The notes below the pieces were generated by a model. The model was not told the origin of the DNA. It searched no databases and saw only the letters and a program-made list of their open reading frames with translations. Below are positions 1 through 10,582 of a stretch of 64,000 bases of DNA, in pieces. Positions within the stretch are counted from its first letter, which is position 1. Each line of letters starts with the position of its first letter. A program made the position numbers and the translations under genes. The DNA comes from an uncultured Verrucomicrobiota bacterium (GTDB lineage Bacteria > Verrucomicrobiota > Kiritimatiellia > CAIQIC01 > Lenti-01): NCBI GenBank assembly GCA_964399775.1, contig CAYNSH010000006.1, forward strand, positions 3,507 through 67,506, in the 5' to 3' direction.

Positions 1-93
1 AAACAGCACAAATCGATCGTCGCGGGCGAGGGCTTGTCCGCCATGGACGATTTTTTCGGTGCGGACGGTGAGTTCGAGGGGAGGGCGTTTCAT
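1..93 (-). CDS. N-terminal fragment (continues off window) of a TRAM-domain RNA methyltransferase-like protein (RumA/RlmD-like)
   Basis: ATG at 93..91 on the minus strand. My translation is MKRPPLELTVRTEKIVHGGQALARDDRFVLF, which resembles the N-terminal TRAM barrel of RumA-type enzymes. Only 31 codons are visible. It is absent from the ORF track because there is no stop in the window. Confidence 0.4.
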   Translation of the reverse strand, partial: MKRPPLELTVRTEKIVHGGQALARDDRFVLF

Positions 94-114
94 GGGGAGG
101 GAGGGGGGGGAAGT

Positions 115-139
115 GAGAGGTCAGAGGTCAGGAGACAGG
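115..139. repeat. 25-nt exact repeat GAGAGGTCAGAGGTCAGGAGACAGG (contains tandem heptamer GAGGTCA x2); second copy inverted at 52734..52758
   Basis: Direct reading shows an identical 25-mer on the opposite strand at 52734..52758. Both copies are flanked by G/C homopolymer runs. Confidence 0.85.
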
Positions 140-264
140 GGGCATCCTCCTTCGCCGAGGCTTCCGACTCCGCCGAGGCTTCGTCGGACAAGTCGGAGGA
201 CAAGGAGGACAGGGAGCAGGAAATGGCGGGCATGTTGGGGGAATGGAATGGGGGAGTGGCGGGG

Positions 265-747
265 TTAACGGGATTTGGCGCTTTGGATTTCGCGGGAGGT
301 TTCTCGGTCGGCGGTTTTGCGGCGAAGGGTTTCGCGTTTATCGTGGAGGAGTTTGCCTTTGCCGAGGCCGAGCTGGATTTTGATCCGGCCGCGGGTCAGG
401 TAGAGCTTGAGGGGAACGAGGGTGAGGCCCTTGAGTTGCAGGGTGGCGGCGAGGCGGTCGAGTTCGCGTCGGTGCATGAGAACCTTGCGGGGGCGGTCGG
501 GGGGATCGGTGTTGAAGCCGGACACGGCGGGACCATAGGGCTGGATGCGCATGGCGTAGAGATAGAGTTCCAGCCGGTCGAAGGCGGCATAGGCTTCGGC
601 GAGGCTGGCGTTTCCGGCGCGGCAGCTTTTGACTTCGCCGCCGGTCAGGGCGAGGCCGGCCTCCCAGGAGTCGAGGATGGAATACTCGTGGCGCGCCTTG
701 CGGTTGGTGGCGAGCGTGCCCTTGCCGGTCTCTTCCCGGGCGGTCAT
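265..747 (-). CDS. smpB: SsrA-binding protein SmpB
   Basis: The internal Met of ORF 265..1164 begins MTAREETGKGTLATNRKARHEYSILDSWEAGLALTGGEVKS...LLHDKRETLRRK, a typical SmpB sequence. The upstream part of the ORF is Pro/Arg-rich junk. Confidence 0.9.
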   Translation of the reverse strand: MTAREETGKGTLATNRKARHEYSILDSWEAGLALTGGEVKSCRAGNASLAEAYAAFDRLELYLYAMRIQPYGPAVSGFNTDPPDRPRKVLMHRRELDRLAATLQLKGLTLVPLKLYLTRGRIKIQLGLGKGKLLHDKRETLRRKTADRETSREIQSAKSR

Positions 748-770
748 GGAAATGGCGCAGGGGGCGCCGG

Positions 771-1016
771 TCAGAGCGCGAGCAGCGAGTCGCCGATTTC
801 CGCCTTCTGGGAGGGCAGGGGGCCGAGTTCGGCGGAGAGCTTGCCTTCGGCGATTTCCTTGAGGGCCAGGTCGAGGTGGTCCATGTCCAGGGTATCGGGC
901 TTGATCAAGGGGCGCTGGCCGGAGTTGAGTTGGCGAACGCGTTTCGATACGACATTGACCAGCAACGGGATATTGGGCATCCGTTCCTTGGCTTTTTCCA
1001 GATACGTCGCGTTCAT
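771..1016 (-). CDS. rpoZ: DNA-directed RNA polymerase subunit omega
   Basis: MNATYLEKAKERMPNIPLLVNVVSKRVRQLNSGQRPLI matches the conserved RpoZ N-terminus. Start chosen at the second Met (cat at 1014..1016). Confidence 0.8.
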   Translation of the reverse strand: MNATYLEKAKERMPNIPLLVNVVSKRVRQLNSGQRPLIKPDTLDMDHLDLALKEIAEGKLSAELGPLPSQKAEIGDSLLAL

Positions 1017-1153
1017 GTTGAGTCTCCGAATGGGGGTAGGTCCGATCAAAGCGGGGGACTATAGGGTGGGCGGGAGGTGGCGTCAATGGCGAAATATGAA
1101 CAAGGCTTGTCAAGCGGCGCGCGCAGGGGTATATAGACCGGGACAGTTCTTTC

Positions 1154-1891
1154 ATGGAGTGCAAATCGGGAAGGCGAGGGATACGAGTGGCGAAGGCGAT
1201 CGAGCAATTAGTGATTTTGCAGGCATGCGATCAGGACATCCAGCGCCTCCGGAAGGAGATAGCAGACATCCCCTTGCGGCGGCAGCAGATTGAATCGCGC
1301 CTGAACGTCCACCGCGAGGGCTTGGCGCAGGCCGAGCACCGGCTGCTGGAGGCGAAGGCGCGGATCAAGCATCTGGAGGGGGAGATTGAAGCGGCGCGGG
1401 GGCACATCCGGAAGTTTCGCGACCAGCAGTTGCAGATCAAGAGCAACGACGGCTACAAGGCGCTGGAGAAAGAGATCGCCACGGCCCAGTCGGGGGTCCG
1501 CAAGATGGAGGACCAGGAGCTGGAGGCGATGGAAGCCGTCGAGTCGGCGGGCGCCGAAGTCAAAACCCGCCACGAGTCGCTGGACAAGGAGCAGGTCCGG
1601 GTTGGCGAGGAGCTCAAGGCATTCGAGGAACGCAGCCGGGGGCTGGACGGCGAGTTGGCGGCGAAGGAAGCCGAGCGCAAGGCGCTGGCGGCGGAAATTG
1701 ATCCGACCTGGCGGTCGCGCTACGAACGCATTTTCGCCAAGCGGCTCGATTCGGCGATTGCGCTGGTGGAGCATGGCACGTGCGGGAGCTGCCACATGAA
1801 GCTGGCGCCGGCGCAGGTGGTGGATTCGCGCAAGGCCGACACGCTGACGCTATGCGACTTTTGCGGCCGCATGCTGTATTTTGGTTCGTGA
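1154..1891 (+). CDS. Coiled-coil protein with C-terminal C4 zinc ribbon (COG1579/DUF164-type)
   Basis: Long heptad-rich coiled coil ending in GTCGSCHMKL...LCDFCGRMLY (CxxC...CxxC). The start could instead be the GTG near 1187. Confidence 0.75.
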   Translation: MECKSGRRGIRVAKAIEQLVILQACDQDIQRLRKEIADIPLRRQQIESRLNVHREGLAQAEHRLLEAKARIKHLEGEIEAARGHIRKFRDQQLQIKSNDGYKALEKEIATAQSGVRKMEDQELEAMEAVESAGAEVKTRHESLDKEQVRVGEELKAFEERSRGLDGELAAKEAERKALAAEIDPTWRSRYERIFAKRLDSAIALVEHGTCGSCHMKLAPAQVVDSRKADTLTLCDFCGRMLYFGS

Positions 1892-1921
1892 GACGGTCCC
1901 CCGCGGGACGATGATCTTTGA

Positions 1922-2320
1922 CAGCCGGGGTTCCGGGCGCCGGTCGCTGGCGGGGCGCGCAAGCGCGTCCGCTGGAGGAAAGTCCGGACTCCACAGGGCA
2001 GGGCGTCCGCGCCGGGAGGTGCGGAATCCCTTTGGCAAACGAAGGGAAAGGAAAGTGCCACAGAAACCAAACCGCCTGGGCGCGCCGAAAGGCCGTCCGG
2101 GTAAGGGTGAAACGGCGGTGTAAGAGACCACCGTGCGGAGGCCGAGAGGTCCCGTGCAAGGCAAACCCCGCCTGGAGCAAGGTCAAATAGGGAGCTGCAG
2201 GGGCGGCCCGTTCCGATGCGCAGCGATGCGCGGCGGCTCCGGGTTGACCGCACAGACAAATGACCGGGTCCGCTTCGGCGGATGACAGAATCCGGCTTAC
2301 ACGTCCGGGGCCCCGGCTGT
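1922..2320 (+). ncRNA. rnpB: RNase P RNA, bacterial type A
   Basis: Conserved GGAGGAAAGTCCGGACTCCACAGGGCAGGG (P4 5' strand region), GGGTAAGGGTGAAA, and 3' ACAGAATCCGGCTTAC. The terminal P1 helix pairs CAGCCGGGG..CCGG near 1922 with CCGGGGCCCCGGCTG near 2306-2320. Confidence 0.85.
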
Positions 2321-2323
2321 CAG

Positions 2324-3247
2324 ATGACATCAAGACGAAGGAAAGACATGGCGTTGACGTCCAGGCAAGGCAAGAGAATCGCGACGCTGGCGCTGCTGGC
2401 GCTGGCGGCGCTGCTGGCGTTGGGGCTGACCCTGTCGATGCTGGGGGCGCGTCCGGAACGCGCGGCGCGGCCCGCGGCGGTGGCGGAGTTCGAGACCTAT
2501 CGCGCGCCTTCGCTGGGCGGCGATCTGTGGCGGATCTTTCGTTCGGGCGATCCGGTGGCGCCGGCCCCGGCGGCGGGGGCGCTGGCGGCGCGCTATCGGC
2601 TGGCGGGCGTCTTCCTGATCCTGTCGGGACCCGAACGAAGCGGCGGCGAGAACCGCTGCGCCATTCTGGATGACCTGGAGACCAAGGCGCAGTTTCTGGC
2701 AACCGAGGACGAGCGCATCGGCGACGTTCGGGTGGTGCGGGTGGAGCGCGACCATGTGGTGCTTTCGGATGGAAGCCGCGAAGAGACCCTGGAACTGGCG
2801 GCGAGCACGCTGTCGGGACGCGCGCCGTCCGGGGCGATGGCGTCGGCGGATCCGGGGCCAACCGTGCTGGAAACCAACCGCTTCGGCCATCGAGTGGGCG
2901 AGTTGCGCTGGGAATTCAACCGGCAGGCGGTGCTGGACTACTACCAGGAGATGATGGACAACCCGGAACGCTTGGCGTCGCTGTTTCTGGCGATGAAGGC
3001 GGATCGCGACGAAGAGGGGCGGGTCGCAGGCTACCGGTTGGACATGGAAGGCGGCGAAAAGGAATTCTACGAGCAAGTGGGATTCCAGGATGGGGACGTC
3101 ATTCGCAAGGTCAATTCCATGCGCATGACCAGCCAGCGCCGAGCGGAGTATTTTATTGGGGAGTTCGTGCAGGATCGCCTGGGTGCGGTCGTGATCGACG
3201 TCGAGCGCAATGGCGAGAACAAGAAGCTGATTTATCTGGTGCAGTAG
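2324..3247 (+). CDS. Type II secretion system protein C (GspC)-like, TM anchor plus C-terminal PDZ-like domain
   Basis: N-terminal TM segment IATLALLALAALLALGLTL. The C-terminus GFQDGDVIRKVNSMRMTS...VVIDVERNGENKKLIYLV is PDZ-like, as in GspC. Start placed at the Met just after rnpB; the track start at 2282 would overlap the RNA. Confidence 0.6.
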   Translation: MTSRRRKDMALTSRQGKRIATLALLALAALLALGLTLSMLGARPERAARPAAVAEFETYRAPSLGGDLWRIFRSGDPVAPAPAAGALAARYRLAGVFLILSGPERSGGENRCAILDDLETKAQFLATEDERIGDVRVVRVERDHVVLSDGSREETLELAASTLSGRAPSGAMASADPGPTVLETNRFGHRVGELRWEFNRQAVLDYYQEMMDNPERLASLFLAMKADRDEEGRVAGYRLDMEGGEKEFYEQVGFQDGDVIRKVNSMRMTSQRRAEYFIGEFVQDRLGAVVIDVERNGENKKLIYLVQ

Positions 3248-3268
3248 ACGAAGGGCAGCGGGCAGCCG

Positions 3269-3652
3269 ATGAGGGAGATGGTCTTGCAGGCGGGTTTTTG
3301 GGGGATGGCGCTGTGCGTGGTGTTGTCGGCCTGGCCGCTCCGGTTCCGCCAGCGGTGGTGGTCATGGAACCTGTACCTGCCGGTGGCGGGCCTGGCGCTT
3401 TACGGACTGTATGAATACGCGTTGCCGGCGGAAGTGCCCTGGGGAGGGCGGATGGCCGCCGTGCTGCCCATGCTGATGTTTCTCTGGGTGAACGGCATGG
3501 CCAAGGTGATGCTGCTGACCGCGCTTCAGGAAAAGGCGGGGGGCAGCCGCCGCCGGCTCCGCCGGTTGCCGCAACGCTTCTGGCAGACGGTTGTGGCGCT
3601 GCCCATCCTGGCCGCCTGCGCCGCCTGGTACTGGCGGGCCCGGGGAGGCTGA
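3269..3652 (+). CDS. Hypothetical small integral membrane protein
   Basis: Four hydrophobic segments, Trp-rich, and codon usage consistent with its neighbours. I recognise no family. Confidence 0.45.
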   Translation: MREMVLQAGFWGMALCVVLSAWPLRFRQRWWSWNLYLPVAGLALYGLYEYALPAEVPWGGRMAAVLPMLMFLWVNGMAKVMLLTALQEKAGGSRRRLRRLPQRFWQTVVALPILAACAAWYWRARGG

Positions 3653-3670
3653 CCCAGTCTCGGTCGCCGG

Positions 3671-3749
3671 TTTTCCACGGCGTGGCCCGGCAGCCGCCGG
3701 ATTCCATGCTGTGGAAAAACCTCCGAACCTTTTTCCATGCTGTGGAAAA
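3671..3749. repeat. Array of three TTCCA-N5-TGGAA palindromes (best copy TTTTCCATGCTGTGGAAAA at 3731..3749)
   Basis: Copies are centred near 3680, 3709 and 3740, in a convergent intergenic region. The same motif array recurs at 56035..56106. Confidence 0.6.
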
Positions 3750-3830
3750 CTCGGAAGAGGCCATTCCGGATTGAGCGAATCGCACGAATGAAAAGGTCGT
3801 GCGGGTCTGGGATCCGGGATTTGCCGTCAG

Positions 3831-5255
<1,425 letters not shown>

Positions 5256-5263
5256 GCGTCCTC

Positions 5264-6586
5264 TTATAGCAAAGCGCGGGCGGGTTCTTCAATGAAAGCG
5301 CGGAGGTCGGCCAGGAAGGCGGCGGCCTGGGCGCCATCGATGACGCGGTGGTCGGAGGACAGGGTGGCGTGCAGGATGCGGCGCGGGACGACGGCGCCGT
5401 CGCGCACGACGGACTCCTCGGCCACGGCGCCGAGGGCGAGGATGGCCGAGCCGGGCGGATTGATGATCGCGGTGAACTCCTCGACGCCGTAGGCCCCGAG
5501 GTTGCTGATGGTGAAGCTGGCGCCGGTGTATTCCTCGGGGACGAGGGTGCCGGAGCGGGCCTTGGCGATCAGCGCGCCGAGTTCGGCGTCGATGGCCTCG
5601 ATGCCCTTGGTTTCGCAGGCGCGGACGACGGGGGTGATGAGTCCACCCTCGATGGCCACGGCGAGGCCGATGTCGGCGGAGGGCAGATACTGGATGGCAT
5701 CGCCCTGCCAACTGGCGTTGATGACCGGATGGCGTTCGAGGGCCGCCGCGACCAGCTTGAGGAGGAACGCATTGAGCGAGAGGGACTGCTCGCGGCCCTG
5801 GTTCATGTCCTTGCGCAGGGCGAAGAGGCGTTCCATGTCGATGGCGATGCGCACGAAGTAGTGCGGGGCCTGGGCATAGCTTTCGCTGAGGCGGGAGGCG
5901 ATGATGGCGCGCATCTTGGAGAGCGACACGCGGTCGCCGCGCAACCCCTTGACGGCGGCGCCGGCAACGGGTGGCTTGCCCTTGGCCGCAGGGGTGGCGG
6001 GCCGGGCGGCGGGAACCGGGGCGGGGGCGGCGTGGGCGTTTTCGACGTCGCGGACCGTGATGCGTCCGCCGGGGCCGGTGCCGCGGATGGCGCGGAGATC
6101 GATGCCCTTTTCCTTGGCGCGCTTGCGGGCGAGCGGCGAGGAGCGCGGGACGCCGGGCGCCAATTGGGGCGCGCTTTGCGGTGATGCCACCGGTACGGGT
6201 GCCGGGGGAGGCGGCGGAGCCGAAACCGGCGCGGCTTTTGCGGGAGCAGGCGCGGGCGAGGGTTTAGCTGTCTCGGCGGGAGCGGCGGGAGCCGGAGCCG
6301 GGGCGGTGGCGCTCTTGGCCTGGGCGGCGATGTCTTCCCAGTTGTCGCCGGGCTTGCCGATGACGGCGATGAGCTGGCCGACGGCGGCGGCGGAGCCGGC
6401 CTGAAGGATGATTTTCAGGAGCGTGCCGGAGGCGGGCGACTCGTAGGTCATGGTGGCCTTGTCGGTTTCGACCTCGCAGAGGGCGTCGCCGGACTTGAGG
6501 GCCTGGCCCTCCTGGGCGAGCCACTGGGCGATGGTCCCCTCGGTCATGGTGGGGGACAGGGCGGTCATGAGAATGGGCTCAGCCAT
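5264..6586 (-). CDS. pdhC: Dihydrolipoamide acyltransferase (E2) of a pyruvate/acetoin dehydrogenase complex
   Basis: Lipoyl domain ETDKATM, an Ala/Pro linker, a subunit-binding domain, and the catalytic C-terminus LSSDHRVIDGA. Confidence 0.95.
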   Translation of the reverse strand: MAEPILMTALSPTMTEGTIAQWLAQEGQALKSGDALCEVETDKATMTYESPASGTLLKIILQAGSAAAVGQLIAVIGKPGDNWEDIAAQAKSATAPAPAPAAPAETAKPSPAPAPAKAAPVSAPPPPPAPVPVASPQSAPQLAPGVPRSSPLARKRAKEKGIDLRAIRGTGPGGRITVRDVENAHAAPAPVPAARPATPAAKGKPPVAGAAVKGLRGDRVSLSKMRAIIASRLSESYAQAPHYFVRIAIDMERLFALRKDMNQGREQSLSLNAFLLKLVAAALERHPVINASWQGDAIQYLPSADIGLAVAIEGGLITPVVRACETKGIEAIDAELGALIAKARSGTLVPEEYTGASFTISNLGAYGVEEFTAIINPPGSAILALGAVAEESVVRDGAVVPRRILHATLSSDHRVIDGAQAAAFLADLRAFIEEPARALL

Positions 6587-7571
6587 GGGGGTTCTCCAGA
6601 TAGAGGGCTTTCTTGGCGGCGTTCACGATTTTCTGCACGCTGGGCTGGACGGCGAGTTCCAGCGCGTGGTTGTAGGGCATGGGGACGTCTTCGCTCGAGA
6701 CGAACTCGACCGGGGCATCGAGGAGGTCGAAGCATTCGGTGGCGATGCGGTGGGCGACGTAGGAACCGACGCTCGCGGCGGGCCAGGACTCGTCGACGAC
6801 GACGGCGCGGCCGGTGCGGGCGACGCTGGCCATGAGGGTGTCCTCGTCGAGCGGGCGCAGGCTGCGCAGATCGATCACTTCGGCTTCGATGCCTTCTTTG
6901 GCAAGTTCGGCGGCCGCCTGCAGCAGCAGGTGGACGGGCTTGCTAAAGGAAATGAGCGTGATGTTCTCGCCCGGCCGGAGGATGGCCGCCTTGCCGATGG
7001 GGACGAGAAACTCCTCGTCGGGCACTTCGCCCTTGAAGCCGTAGAGCATTTCCGCTTCGAGGACGACGACGGGGTCGGGATCGCGGATGGCGCTCTTGAG
7101 CAGGCCATAGGCGTCTGCGGGGAAGGCAGGGGCGACGACCTTGATGCCGGGCACGTGGACCCAGTAGCTGGCGAGCGCCTGCGAGTGCTGGCTGGAGAGG
7201 AATTCGGCGGGACCGTTGGGGCCGCGGAAGACGATGGGGACGTTGAACTGTCCGCCGGACATGTGGCGGGTCTTGGCGGCCTCGTTAACGACCTGGTCGA
7301 GGGCCAGCAGCGCGAAGTTGTGGGTCATCCATTCGACGACCGGCTTGAGGCCGACCATGGCGGCACCGACGCCGAGGCCGGTGAACCCCAGTTCGGTGAT
7401 GGGGGTGTCGAGGATTCGCTCGGGGCCGTACTTGCCGAGAAGTCCGCGGGAGACCTTGTAGGCGCCGTCGTATTCGGCGACTTCCTCGCCCATGAGGACG
7501 ACGGCATCGTCCCGGGCCAATTCTTCGTCCAGGGCCCGGTTGAGGGCGTCTCGATAACTCAGCTGCGACAT
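6579..7571 (-). CDS. pdhB: Pyruvate dehydrogenase E1 component beta subunit
   Basis: MSQLSYRDALNRALDEEL...ILDTPITELGFTGLGVGAAM is a typical E1-beta sequence. It overlaps the E2 start by 8 nt. Confidence 0.95.
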   Translation of the reverse strand: MSQLSYRDALNRALDEELARDDAVVLMGEEVAEYDGAYKVSRGLLGKYGPERILDTPITELGFTGLGVGAAMVGLKPVVEWMTHNFALLALDQVVNEAAKTRHMSGGQFNVPIVFRGPNGPAEFLSSQHSQALASYWVHVPGIKVVAPAFPADAYGLLKSAIRDPDPVVVLEAEMLYGFKGEVPDEEFLVPIGKAAILRPGENITLISFSKPVHLLLQAAAELAKEGIEAEVIDLRSLRPLDEDTLMASVARTGRAVVVDESWPAASVGSYVAHRIATECFDLLDAPVEFVSSEDVPMPYNHALELAVQPSVQKIVNAAKKALYLENPHG

Positions 7572-7586
7572 GGTGGCGACTCCTTG

Positions 7587-8588
7587 TCAAACGGGTTGTC
7601 CGGACGGGGCCATGAAGAACGGCTCCCCGGCGTAGATGTCTTCATACAGGGTGTGCAGGGCGGGTTCGGCGGAATTCTCGGCGAATTCCACGGCCTCCTT
7701 GGTGGCCTCTTCGGCGGCGCGGTCCTGGGCTTCGGCCTTGGCGTTGTCCCAGAGCTTTTCCTCCTTCATGCGGGTCTCGAGGATCAGGATGGGGTCCTGC
7801 TTCTTGTATTCGTCCACCTCGTCGCGGGTGCGGTACTTCTGGGGGTCGCTCATGGAGTGGCCCTTGTAGCGGTAGGTGCGAGCCTCGATCAGGACGGGGT
7901 GGCCTTCGCGGGCCTCGGCCAGCGCGCGCAGGGCGGCGTCGCGGACTTCGAGGACATCCATGCCGTCGACCAGTTCGCCGCGCATGCCGTAGGCGGTCGC
8001 CATGATGGAAAAGTCGTCGACGGAGGAGACGCGCTTCCAGCTTGTGCCCATGCCCCATTGGTTGTTTTCGCAGACGGAGACGAGGGGGAGCTTCCAGATC
8101 TTGGCGAGGTTCATGGCCTCGTGGAAGGCACCCTGGTGGATGGCGCCGTCGCCGAAGTAGACGACGGTGGCGCCGCCGGTCTTGCGGTACTTTTGGGCGA
8201 AGGCGACGCCGGCGGCGACGGGGATCTGGGCGCCGACGATGCCGTTGCCGCCAAGGAAATGGCGTTGAGCATCGAACATGTGCATGGAGCCGCCTTTTCC
8301 GCGCGAGCAGCCGGTGACCTTGCCATAGAGCTCGGCCATGATGGCCTTGGGCTCCATGCCGGCGGCGAGGGCATGGCCATGGTCGCGGTAGCCGGTGAGG
8401 ACATAATCCTTGGCATAATCCATGACGCTGGCGAAGCCGGCGGCGATGGCCTCCTGGCCATTGTAGAGGTGGCAGAAGCCGCCGATTTTCCGCAGGCCGT
8501 ACATCTGGCCGGCCTTTTCCTCGAAAACCCGCATCAGGACCATGTCGGCCCGGAGCTTCCAAAGCAGTTCGGCATTCCACTCGCTCAT
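7587..8588 (-). CDS. pdhA: Pyruvate dehydrogenase E1 component alpha subunit
   Basis: The internal Met gives MSEWNAELLWKLRADMVLMRVFEEKAGQMYGLRKIGGFCHLYNGQEA with the TPP motif GDGAIHQGAFHEAMNLA. The upstream part of ORF 7587..8822 is Arg/Pro junk. An SD-like GGAGGTCC precedes the Met. Confidence 0.9.
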   Translation of the reverse strand: MSEWNAELLWKLRADMVLMRVFEEKAGQMYGLRKIGGFCHLYNGQEAIAAGFASVMDYAKDYVLTGYRDHGHALAAGMEPKAIMAELYGKVTGCSRGKGGSMHMFDAQRHFLGGNGIVGAQIPVAAGVAFAQKYRKTGGATVVYFGDGAIHQGAFHEAMNLAKIWKLPLVSVCENNQWGMGTSWKRVSSVDDFSIMATAYGMRGELVDGMDVLEVRDAALRALAEAREGHPVLIEARTYRYKGHSMSDPQKYRTRDEVDEYKKQDPILILETRMKEEKLWDNAKAEAQDRAAEEATKEAVEFAENSAEPALHTLYEDIYAGEPFFMAPSGQPV

Positions 8589-9028
8589 GGCTGGACCTCC
8601 GTCTGCACGTTGAGGCGTTCCATGGGACGGAAGAGGCGGACCTTTTCGATGACCGTTTCGATGACGACAAGCTTGGCGGGGTCGGGGTTGACACGCCAGA
8701 AGTTGGTGAGGTTGGGGCCGAGCGCCTCGAGGACTTCGGCCTTGAGGCCGGGGGTGCTCAAGACGATCGCCCGCCCGCAGATGCAGACGATTTCGTCGAG
8801 GGCAAGCGATTGGAAGGTCCATTGGACCTTGTCGCAGGCCTCGATTTCGCTGACCTTGGGCGATCCGGCGGTCGAGACGCAGAACAGGCCGTTCTGGACG
8901 CGCGGCAGGGTGGCGGCGGTCATCCAGCGCGAATGCGGATAGCCGTCTGCGCTGACGGTGCTGAGGAGGCCGACGCGAACGGAGTCGAGCAGGGCGCGGA
9001 AGGCCCGCAGGGGGTCTTGGTCTTTCAT
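8585..9028 (-). CDS. Pyridoxamine 5'-phosphate oxidase-family (general stress protein 26-like) protein
   Basis: LLDSVRVGLLSTVSADGYPHSRWM... shows the split-barrel FMN-binding family pattern. It has 4-nt overlaps with both neighbours. Confidence 0.65.
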   Translation of the reverse strand: MKDQDPLRAFRALLDSVRVGLLSTVSADGYPHSRWMTAATLPRVQNGLFCVSTAGSPKVSEIEACDKVQWTFQSLALDEIVCICGRAIVLSTPGLKAEVLEALGPNLTNFWRVNPDPAKLVVIETVIEKVRLFRPMERLNVQTEVQP

Positions 9029-9843
9029 GATGTACCTCTCAGGGTCCGGGTTGGGGGCTGGCGATGGAAAATCCAGGAGTTACGGCTGTATTCGTCGGCC
9101 AGGGCGGTCACCACGTCCAGATCGGCAACATGGCCGGGCGGCCGCGGGACGCCGTCCTGGACGATGGCGGTGAACAGCGAGGTTTGAAGGGTAGTCACAT
9201 CCAGACCCGGGTGCAGGTGTGCCAGGGTGGTGAGCTGGCGGGACGGCACCGATGGGACGCCCTTGCGGGTGGCGGCGTCGTGAATGGCATAGGTCGGGGT
9301 GTGGGCGGCCAGGCTGGATTGAAGCTGATCAAGATCCGTGGAAATCAGCAAGGTGCCATGAAACAGCAGAACGCCGTTTCCGGCGGCGGCCGCCGTGCCG
9401 CCGATTTTCCGGCCGTCCACATAGAGGCCGGAACGCGGACCGGACTGGGCGTCGATGCCTAGATCCCGGAGTATGCGCAGAATGGTCGAGAGCAGGCGCT
9501 CGCGGTCGGGGAGTCCGCCGGCGACGATCCAACTCCAGTTCAGGTTGCCCTCATCGTGATACACGGCACCTCCGCCGCTGGTGCGGCGGTAGACGTTCAC
9601 GCCCGTTTGACGGGCCTGTGGACTGACTTCGGCCAGGGCATCCTGGTTACGCCCCACGATGACGGATGGCCCGTTGCGGCTGCACAGGAAAAAGTCGTGG
9701 TGGTCGGGGGCGCGCACGGATTGGCGCAGGTGTTCTTCCAGGGCGATATGGAACGGCGGGAAAAGCGAAGGCGAAAAGATGCCGATCGGGGGCGGGCGGG
9801 TATCCCCATTCGGCCGGGTTTCGGATGTTGAAACAAACGCCAT
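9025..9843 (-). CDS. lplA: Lipoate-protein ligase family protein (LplA/LipM-type catalytic domain only)
   Basis: FHIALEEHL...SVIVGRNQDALAEV...VYRRTSGGGAVYHDEGNLNWS matches the BPL/LPL catalytic motifs. Start at MAFVSTSE (cat at 9841..9843); the longer track ORF to 10599 is an artefactual extension. Confidence 0.8.
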   Translation of the reverse strand: MAFVSTSETRPNGDTRPPPIGIFSPSLFPPFHIALEEHLRQSVRAPDHHDFFLCSRNGPSVIVGRNQDALAEVSPQARQTGVNVYRRTSGGGAVYHDEGNLNWSWIVAGGLPDRERLLSTILRILRDLGIDAQSGPRSGLYVDGRKIGGTAAAAGNGVLLFHGTLLISTDLDQLQSSLAAHTPTYAIHDAATRKGVPSVPSRQLTTLAHLHPGLDVTTLQTSLFTAIVQDGVPRPPGHVADLDVVTALADEYSRNSWIFHRQPPTRTLRGTS

Positions 9844-10128
9844 GGTGGGCAACGTATAGCGCTCCGTCAAGGGTGTCAAACGGTTTACCCGGATTCCCGG
9901 CCACGCGGCGGCGACGAGCCGGTTGAACGGGCGGGGAGGGATCGGCGTGCCGCCGGCGGGCGGGCCGGCCCCGGAGTCCATCGGAGGCAGAAGACCGTCG
10001 CGCCGGAGTTCGGATTCATGGGCGCAGGATAGCGGTTGCGGGGAGGGGAGGCAAGAGGCGCTTGTCCGACGGGCGGCGGCAAGGCATACTCGCCCGAAAA
10101 GAAAACAACCACCCAGGAGATTCAGCCC

Positions 10129-10500
10129 ATGAGCAGTGAACTTCAAGAATCGGTCATTGGTGCGGATGTCGAAATCATCGGCACGGTCAAATGCAACGGG
10201 TCGATCCGACTCGACGGCAAGTTGGAAGGCGAGTTGTCGTGCGGCGGCAATGCCACCCTCGGCAAGAACGCACAGGTCAAAGGCAACGTGACGGCGACCT
10301 CGGTCACCATCGAAGGCAAGATCAACGGCAACATCCTGGCCAAGGACAAGATCGAGATGAAGTCGACGGCCACCGTCAACGGCGACATCAAGGCCAAGCG
10401 CCTGTCGGTCGAGGATGGCGTGACGTTTGTCGGCCGCTCCGAGGTCAATCCCAACGCCCAGCCCGTGCCGCCTCCGGCGTCCGGCGGGCAGCAGCGCTAA
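10129..10500 (+). CDS. Bactofilin (polymer-forming cytoskeletal protein, DUF583)
   Basis: MSSELQESVIGADVEIIGTVKCNGSIRLDGKLEGELSCGGNATLGKNAQVKGNVTATSVTIEGKINGNI shows the classic bactofilin beta-helix repeat. AGGAGA lies 8 nt upstream of the ATG. Confidence 0.85.
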   Translation: MSSELQESVIGADVEIIGTVKCNGSIRLDGKLEGELSCGGNATLGKNAQVKGNVTATSVTIEGKINGNILAKDKIEMKSTATVNGDIKAKRLSVEDGVTFVGRSEVNPNAQPVPPPASGGQQR

Positions 10501-10582
10501 GCCATCAGGATTCGGTTTGCTCCACCGGTCCGTCCCGCCCCCGATGGCGGAGCCCGGTTGAGGTGAAGCAAAGGATTGCGGC

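Noticed and set aside
34-1293. 419-aa plus-strand ORF rich in G/A/E
   Set aside because: It is antisense to clear smpB and rpoZ genes, low-complexity, and has no recognisable domain. This is a typical shadow ORF in high-GC DNA.
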